Part shown: in pieces, positions 58,206-64,000 of the stretch
Position numbering within the stretch: the stretch's first letter is position 1
Layout: each line of letters opens with the position of its first letter
Origin: Thalassobaculaceae bacterium
Lineage (GTDB): Bacteria > Pseudomonadota > Alphaproteobacteria > Thalassobaculales > Thalassobaculaceae
Length of the DNA stretch: 64,000 nt
Direction of reading: 5' to 3'
Assembly: GCA_965228875.1 (NCBI GenBank)
Contig: OZ245843.1
Coordinates: 1,408,616-1,472,615, forward strand
Notes under the pieces: generated by a model
Told to the model about the DNA's origin: nothing
Database searches by the model: none
What the model saw: the letters and a program-made list of their open reading frames with translations, nothing else
Program-made: the position numbers and the translations under genes

Positions 58206-59507
58206 TCAGCACTTGGCGCCGGGCATGCCCTTCTCGATCCACTCGACGCTCGTCTGGCCGTCCGGCGGCATCACGCATTCGGCCGGGTAGAACTTGACGT
58301 CGGTGACGCCCGCCTCGGCGAGGTCGTCGTTCCACTTGGTGATGCCGTACACGTTCTCGGTGATCGCCTGGTGGCCGTTGGCGAGCGCCATCTTGACGGT
58401 GGTCGAGAAGCTCTCGAACTCCATCCCCTCCATGGCGCTGATCACCTGATCCTGGCTCGGGAACGATCCCGCCGCGGCCGCGGCCTTGTCGTAGCCGATC
58501 TTGGTCGCCAGCACCGCCTGCGCATACTGGTAGGCCGGACCCGACGGATAGGTGCCGTAGCGGTCCTTGTAGGTGTTGATGAACCAGGTGTTCAGCGCGG
58601 TGTCGCGGCCCCGGACCAGGATGCCGTACGGGCCGCGGGCGCCGAGGATGATGTCGTCCGGCAGGCGCTTGCCGAGCCGGTAGGCCGCCGTGCCGCCGAC
58701 GGTCAGGATCACCTTCTTCTGCTTGAACAGACCGCGCGGCGTCGCCTGGAAGATGAAGCCCTCAAGGTCGCCGTCCCAGAACGAGGAGTGCACCATCTCG
58801 GCGTCGTCCAGCGCCAGGGCCGAGATCTCGGAGCCATACTGGCCGGCGAAGATCTTCGGGAACTGCAGCTTGTCGGAGGCCGCCGCGCCCGGGACCAGAT
58901 GGCCCATCGCCAGGCTGAAGTCGCGCCAACTGTCCTGTCCCCAGGCATAGTTCTGGTTGATCCCGGTGTAGCTCTTCACGCCCGGGAACATGTCCTTGAC
59001 GTAGTGCGCCGCGGCAACGCTGTCGGCGGTGGCGTGGCTCATGGTGCGGAACGAGTATTTGCGCGGCGCCTCTTCGAAGACGCGCGGCGTACCGCAGATG
59101 GCGAAGACCGTCAGCTTCTGCAGTTCCTCGACCACCGGTGCCAGAGCGGCGCAGGACCCGGAGGAGATGTAGCCAAGCACGACGTCCACGCCGCGCTTCT
59201 GGACCAGGTTGCGGTACTCGGCGACCTGCTTGGTGTTGCCGCCGGACTCGTCGAGGAAGTCCGCCTCGACCGTGGCTCCGGCGAAACCCTTCGTGTCGTA
59301 GGGCGCCGGCAGCGTGCCGCTGTTGATGGCGTCGATCACCATCTCGGCGCCATTGCGTGCCGGCACGCCAAACGGGCCGGCCGCCGGACCGGACAGGAAC
59401 GACACGACGCCCATGGACACCGTATCCTGCGCCACGGCCGGCGCGGCCATCGCCAGGACGGCGGCCAGGCCGGCACCGATGGCGGTGACGGATTTCATTC
59501 TCTTCAT
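58206..59507 (-). CDS. ABC transporter substrate-binding protein (LivJ/Peripla_BP_6-like)
   Basis: Signal peptide MKRMKSVTAIGAGLAAVLAMAAPAVA, then FLSGPAAGPFG and NYAWGQD. ATG at 59507 with GGGGAG RBS. Confidence 0.9.
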   Translation of the reverse strand: MKRMKSVTAIGAGLAAVLAMAAPAVAQDTVSMGVVSFLSGPAAGPFGVPARNGAEMVIDAINSGTLPAPYDTKGFAGATVEADFLDESGGNTKQVAEYRNLVQKRGVDVVLGYISSGSCAALAPVVEELQKLTVFAICGTPRVFEEAPRKYSFRTMSHATADSVAAAHYVKDMFPGVKSYTGINQNYAWGQDSWRDFSLAMGHLVPGAAASDKLQFPKIFAGQYGSEISALALDDAEMVHSSFWDGDLEGFIFQATPRGLFKQKKVILTVGGTAAYRLGKRLPDDIILGARGPYGILVRGRDTALNTWFINTYKDRYGTYPSGPAYQYAQAVLATKIGYDKAAAAAGSFPSQDQVISAMEGMEFESFSTTVKMALANGHQAITENVYGITKWNDDLAEAGVTDVKFYPAECVMPPDGQTSVEWIEKGMPGAKC

Positions 59508-59719
59508 CGGAAACTCCCCCTTGTCAGCCAGATCGGACCGATCGTGGTTTTGGATGCGGGGGTTCGACCTCCCGTCTTTTGTTCCCGCCCGGTCGCGGTT
59601 CGTGCAAGGGTAAGCACGGTGGTCGCTGCGATGCAACGAAGAGCACGGCTTGCGCGTCGGCGGCCACGGAGTTTAGTGAGGTGGCAAAACCCCACCGAAG
59701 CCCTCGAGGGAGACAACAC

Positions 59720-61153
59720 ATGGGCGTGCAGCAGAATTTCATCGGCGGCCAGTGGACGGACGGCGCCACCGCCAAGAACAACGTCAATCCGTCGGATCTG
59801 AGCGACGTCATCGGCAGCTATGCCCAGGCCGACGCGGCCGGCGTGGCGGCCGCCGTCGACGCCGCCAAGGCGGCGGCCCACGGCTGGAACCGCTCGACTC
59901 CGCAGCAGCGCTACGACGTGCTGGAGTTCGTCGGCAACGAGATCATGGCCCGGCGCGAGGAACTCGGCCGCCTGCTCTCGCGCGAGGAAGGCAAGACCCT
60001 GCCGGAGGGCATCGGCGAGGCGACCCGCGCGGCGCAGATCTTCAAGTTCTTCGCCGGCGAGGCGCTGCGCATTCAGGGCGAGAAGCTCGCCAGCGTGCGG
60101 CCGGGCGTCGAGGTGGAGATCACCCGCGAGCCGGTCGGAATCGTCGGGATCATCACACCGTGGAATTTCCCGATCGCGATTCCGGCCTGGAAGATCGCGC
60201 CGGCGCTCGCTTACGGCAACTGCGTCGTCTTCAAGCCGGCCGACCTGGTGCCGGGCTGCGCCTGGGCACTCGCCGAGATCCTGTCACGGGCGGGCCTGCC
60301 GGACGGCGCCTTCAACCTCGTGATGGGCCGCGGCTCGGTCGTCGGCGAGGCGATCCTGACGTCCGAGGAGATCGGGGCCGTGAGCTTCACCGGCTCGGTC
60401 GATACCGGCAAGCACGTGGCGGCAAGCTGCGCCGCGCGTCTGGCCAAGGTCCAGCTCGAGATGGGCGGCAAGAACCCGTTCGTCGTGCTCGACGACGCCG
60501 ACCTGGCGACCGCCGTGAACTGCGCGGTGAACAGCGCGTTCTTCTCCACCGGCCAGCGGTGCACCGCATCGTCGCGCCTGATCGTGACGGAGGGCATCCA
60601 CGACCGGTTCGTCGAGGCCATGGCCGAGCGCATCAAGACCCTCAAGGTCGACGACGCCCTGGCCGACGGCACCGAGATCGGTCCGGTGGTCGACGAGAAC
60701 CAGCTCAAGCAGGACCTCGACTATCTGGAGATCGGCCAGAAGGAAGGTGCCAAGCTGGTCGGCGGCGACCGCCTGAACCGGTCCAAGGAAGGCTTCTACC
60801 TGCAGCCGGCGCTCTTCACCGAGACCACCAACGACATGCGCATCAACCGGGAGGAGATCTTCGGCCCGGTGGCGTCCGTGATCCGGGTCAAGGACTATGA
60901 CGAGGCCCTCGCGACCGCGAACGACACCGATTTCGGGCTGTCTTCCGGCATCGCCACGACGTCGCTGAAATACGCCAGCGACTACAAGCGCAACGCCGAT
61001 GCCGGGATGGTGATGGTCAACCTGCCCACCGCCGGCGTCGACTATCACGTGCCGTTCGGCGGCCGGAAGGGGTCGAGCTACGGTCCGCGCGAGCAGGGCC
61101 GCTACGCCGCCGAGTTCTACACGACGGTCAAGACCGCCTACACCCAGCCGTAA
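59720..61153 (+). CDS. Aldehyde dehydrogenase (alpha-ketoglutaric semialdehyde dehydrogenase-like)
   Basis: Motifs ITPWNFP, FTGS, LEMGGKNP, GQRCTA and EEIFGPV. ATG at 59720. Confidence 0.93.
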   Translation: MGVQQNFIGGQWTDGATAKNNVNPSDLSDVIGSYAQADAAGVAAAVDAAKAAAHGWNRSTPQQRYDVLEFVGNEIMARREELGRLLSREEGKTLPEGIGEATRAAQIFKFFAGEALRIQGEKLASVRPGVEVEITREPVGIVGIITPWNFPIAIPAWKIAPALAYGNCVVFKPADLVPGCAWALAEILSRAGLPDGAFNLVMGRGSVVGEAILTSEEIGAVSFTGSVDTGKHVAASCAARLAKVQLEMGGKNPFVVLDDADLATAVNCAVNSAFFSTGQRCTASSRLIVTEGIHDRFVEAMAERIKTLKVDDALADGTEIGPVVDENQLKQDLDYLEIGQKEGAKLVGGDRLNRSKEGFYLQPALFTETTNDMRINREEIFGPVASVIRVKDYDEALATANDTDFGLSSGIATTSLKYASDYKRNADAGMVMVNLPTAGVDYHVPFGGRKGSSYGPREQGRYAAEFYTTVKTAYTQP

Positions 61154-61174
61154 GGCATCCCGTCGCGGCCGGCG

Positions 61175-62464
61175 TCAGCCGGCGTCGGCCGCGACCTCGT
61201 CCGACAGGGCGGCGGGCATTCGGGTCCGCTCCAGATTGGCGTGCTCGAAGCTCGTTCCCTCGACATTGCAGTCGGCGAGCTGCGCATGGGAGAGATCGGC
61301 CCCGTCCATCCTGGCGGAGGCCAGGTTCGCGCCGGTGAAGTCGACCCGCTGGAAGTTGGCGCCGGTCGCCGTCGCTCCGCTGAGATCGGCGGGCCAGCTC
61401 CCCTTCTCCTCTCCGGTCTTCGGATCGACCACCCGCATCGGCGTCAGGACGCTGGCCTGAAAATTGGCCCGGTCGAGCAAGGCGTTCCGGAAGTTCGCGC
61501 CGCGCAGGTCGCTGCGCTGCATCTGCGCGCCCTCCAGGGCCGCGGTGGTGAACTTGGTGAAGCGGAACGAGCAGCGTCGGAGGTTGGCGCCTGTCAGATT
61601 GGCGCCGGAGAAGTCCGCCGCGGAGAGGTCGGCGCCCGACAGGTTGATCCCGTCCAGGTCGCGGCCGGAGAAATCCGCCGGCTCGCCCCGGCGACCTCCG
61701 GAACTGATCCACGCGAAATGCCGGATGAGCAGATCGCGGATATCGGCCTCCAGTTCCTCCATGTTCGAGGCGATGACGCAGTCGGTCAGGTCGGCCCCCG
61801 ACATGTCGGCGCCGTCGAGATGGCATGAGCGCAGGTCGGCGCCGGTCAGATCGGTGTTGGAGAGCCGGGCGTCGGCGAAGTTGACATCCTGCAGGTTGGC
61901 GCCGCGCAGGCTCGAGTTCTGAAGCGTCGCGCCGGTCAGGACCGCGCCTTTCAGGTTGGCCGCGTCCATCGAGCAGCCGTCGAAATGTGCGCCCCGCGCG
62001 GTCACGCCCATCATGTTCGCCCGGCCGAGATTGGTCCGGATCGCCCGGGCGTTGTCGAGGTCGGCGCCGTCGAGATTGGTCACCGTCTCCTCGCCCTTGC
62101 GCGCGCCGACCTTGGTCGAGCGGAAGTCGGCGTCGGTCAGGTCGGCCGAGGCGAGCCGGGCCTGTTCGAGGTCGGCGCCACGGAAATCGGTCTTGATAAG
62201 CTTGGCGCCGGTCAGGTCGACGGCACGAAGCTGCGTGCCGGCGAGCGACGCTTCTGACAGGTTCGCGCCGACGAACTGCGCCCCCCGGAAGTCGGCATTG
62301 GTAATCAGGGCACGCCGAAGATCGACACCGTTCAGCAGCGCGCCCTTGTGCTGCTGTCCCCGCAGGTCCGCGCGCTTTCCGTCACCGAAGTTGTTCAGGA
62401 AGTTGACGTGCTTCCTGATGGTGTCGGCGAGCTTCCAGTCGACGTTGCTCGGATCGAATGCCAC
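61175..62464 (-). CDS. Pentapeptide repeat-containing protein
   Basis: Long A(D/N)(L/F)xx arrays arranged in two modules. GTG start. Confidence 0.9.
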   Translation of the reverse strand: MAFDPSNVDWKLADTIRKHVNFLNNFGDGKRADLRGQQHKGALLNGVDLRRALITNADFRGAQFVGANLSEASLAGTQLRAVDLTGAKLIKTDFRGADLEQARLASADLTDADFRSTKVGARKGEETVTNLDGADLDNARAIRTNLGRANMMGVTARGAHFDGCSMDAANLKGAVLTGATLQNSSLRGANLQDVNFADARLSNTDLTGADLRSCHLDGADMSGADLTDCVIASNMEELEADIRDLLIRHFAWISSGGRRGEPADFSGRDLDGINLSGADLSAADFSGANLTGANLRRCSFRFTKFTTAALEGAQMQRSDLRGANFRNALLDRANFQASVLTPMRVVDPKTGEEKGSWPADLSGATATGANFQRVDFTGANLASARMDGADLSHAQLADCNVEGTSFEHANLERTRMPAALSDEVAADAG

Positions 62465-62559
62465 GCGCCCCTCTCCTCGGCTTCGGTCGTGCTTCGGCGC
62501 GCTTCCCGAATCGGGAAGTATTCCATTCTACCCTATAAGGTACCGCATTTCAGGGTTTT

Positions 62560-63318
62560 TCAGGCACCGTCGAAATATCTGGAGCCGTCCGGCAGCGTTT
62601 CGAAGACCAGTTGGAATCGGTCGGCCGCGTAGCGGACGTGCGAAAGCTGGATCGGCTGTCCGTCGCTGTCGACGTTGACCGACTCCGCGAACAGGATCGG
62701 ACGGGTCCGCGGCTGCGACAGGATTTCCACGTCCGCCGGGTCGGGCATGCGGGCCGTGACCTTCGTCACCGCCCGCGCATAGTCGGCGATGCCGTGATGC
62801 TCCATCACGCGGGTGATGGAATGGGTCGGCTCGTAGGCCGCGGCGAACTCCGGAAACCGTCGCGCGGGGAACCAGTGGGTACCGTAGGACAACGGCCGTC
62901 CGTCGACCTCGCCGACCGTCTCCAGACGCAGAACCGCTGTTCCCGGCGTGAGTCCGAGCACCTCGGCGACCTCCTTGCCGGCCCGCATGCGCCGCAGCGA
63001 CAGGCTGCGACCGCCGGGACTGCGGTTCGCCCGCCGCACGTTCTCGGTGAAGCGGGTACGACGCCCAACCAGGTACTCCAGCACGTTCTCCCGCACGAAC
63101 GCGCCGCGCCCCTGCTCGACTCGCACCAGTCCCCGGTCGACCAGCGCGGAAATCGCCCGACGCAGGGTGTGCCGGTTGACGCCGAACCGCCGTGACAGCT
63201 CCGCCTCGGTCGGCAGCCGCTGTCCCTCGTCCCAGCGCCGATTGCGAATCTCCTCGGCGAGGGTGTGCTCGATCTGGCGCCAGACCGCCAATCCGGACTC
63301 ACGGTCGATGACCGTCAT
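62560..63318 (-). CDS. phnF: Phosphonate metabolism transcriptional regulator (GntR/HutC family)
   Basis: LPTEAELSRRFGVNRHTLRRA, EQGRG and RTRFTEN, with a UTRA domain. Divergent from phnG. Confidence 0.92.
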   Translation of the reverse strand: MTVIDRESGLAVWRQIEHTLAEEIRNRRWDEGQRLPTEAELSRRFGVNRHTLRRAISALVDRGLVRVEQGRGAFVRENVLEYLVGRRTRFTENVRRANRSPGGRSLSLRRMRAGKEVAEVLGLTPGTAVLRLETVGEVDGRPLSYGTHWFPARRFPEFAAAYEPTHSITRVMEHHGIADYARAVTKVTARMPDPADVEILSQPRTRPILFAESVNVDSDGQPIQLSHVRYAADRFQLVFETLPDGSRYFDGA

Positions 63319-63329
63319 GGCCCGCGCTC

Positions 63330-63347
63330 CCGTCACAAATTGTTAAT
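63330..63347 (+). promoter_or_regulatory. Pho box-like PhoB site
   Basis: CCGTCAC-AAAT-TGTTAAT versus consensus CTGTCAT-N4-CTGTCAT, upstream of phnG. Confidence 0.5.
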
Positions 63348-63404
63348 GGACGACGGCTTTACAGCCCCGGAATTCTCCATCATATTGCCGTCAATAAGTC
63401 TGGA

Positions 63405-63414
63405 TGTCTAGACA
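63405..63414. promoter_or_regulatory. PhnF/HutC-type operator
   Basis: Perfect palindrome TGTCTAGACA with the GT-N-TA-N-AC core of HutC-family operators. Confidence 0.6.
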
Positions 63415-63430
63415 AATTGGAAATTCGTCG

Positions 63431-63913
63431 ATGACCTCGAAACGCCCCACGGCCTGCTCGCCGGAACAGAGCGCCGAACGACGCGCCCGCCAGCGCTGGA
63501 TGTCGATCCTCGCCAAGGCCGACTTCGCCGATCTCGACGCGCTCTGGAACAACCTGCCCTCCAAACCCGCCTGGACGGTCATCCGCCCGCCGGAGACCGG
63601 CATGGTGATGGCCCGCGGCCGCGCCGGCGGCACCGGCCAGCGCTTCAACATCGGCGAGGTGACGGTGACGCGCTGCGCCGTACAGCTCGACTACGGCGCG
63701 GTCGGTTTCGGCTACGTGATGGGCCGCAACCGCCGACATGCGGAGCTGGCGGCGGCGGTCGACGCAATCATGCAGACGCCGTCGCGCCGCGACGCGCTGG
63801 AACGGGCCCTGATCGCTCCGCTGGGACTGCGTCATGAGGCGGCGAAGCGCGAGCGCGGCCAGAAAGCGGCATCGACGAAGGTCGATTTCTTCACCCTCGT
63901 GCGCGGAGACTGA
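63431..63913 (+). CDS. phnG: C-P lyase system protein PhnG
   Basis: Motifs RQRWMSILA, RPPETGMVMARGRAGGTGQRFNIGEVTVTRC and TKVDFFTLVRG. Start is 63431 or 63404. Confidence 0.95.
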   Translation: MTSKRPTACSPEQSAERRARQRWMSILAKADFADLDALWNNLPSKPAWTVIRPPETGMVMARGRAGGTGQRFNIGEVTVTRCAVQLDYGAVGFGYVMGRNRRHAELAAAVDAIMQTPSRRDALERALIAPLGLRHEAAKRERGQKAASTKVDFFTLVRGD

Positions 63914-63915
63914 GC

Positions 63916-64000
63916 ATGGCCACGATGACGGATATCAAGCCGGGCTTCCGCGATCCGGTTCTCGACTCCCAGGCGGTGTTCCGTGCCGTGCTCGACGCCA
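63916..64000 (+). CDS. phnH: C-P lyase system protein PhnH (partial, runs off window)
   Basis: MATMTDIKPGFRDPVLDSQAVFRAVLDA directly after phnG. Confidence 0.85.
   Translation, partial: MATMTDIKPGFRDPVLDSQAVFRAVLDA

Noticed and set aside
59508..59719. Sigma54 promoter or riboswitch in the SBP/ALDH spacer
   Set aside because: No TGGCAC-N5-TTGC spacing on either strand, and no riboswitch consensus that I can recognise.

Overview
This is a GC-rich (roughly two-thirds G+C by eye) chromosomal segment of an alphaproteobacterium. Gene content suggests Rhodospirillales (inference from PAS_5 paralogs, NIT/PilZ chemoreceptor, CtrA-like box, CIR-like repeat). It carries about 66 protein genes. Housekeeping genes: rpmF, rplM-rpsI, pepN, a DEAD-box helicase and rsmI. 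Other content: phosphonate genes (an isolated phnM, plus phnF/phnG/phnH at the right edge), several uncharacterised catabolic operons, a Liv-type ABC transporter, two GSTs, and various transporters and regulators. I saw no rRNA, tRNA, CRISPR array, transposase or integrase. Most notable observations: (1) short AT-rich blocks made of synonymous codons inside otherwise GC-rich genes (the pepN GAMEN motif and an RsmF-like gene), each with an IHF-like core; (2) a VUT/YhhQ-like membrane domain fused to a degenerate GGDEF domain, downstream of a coupled metallo-hydrolase plus divergent Ddl-like ATP-grasp pair; (3) a tightly coupled run of four RNA methyltransferases preceded by an orphan Anbu protease; (4) a two-arm CIR/BRU-RS-like palindromic element in the leader of a NIT-MCP-PilZ gene; (5) clear operator arrays (a triple TetR palindrome and a palindrome upstream of rplM). 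All family calls come from motif recognition by eye; no database search was run.
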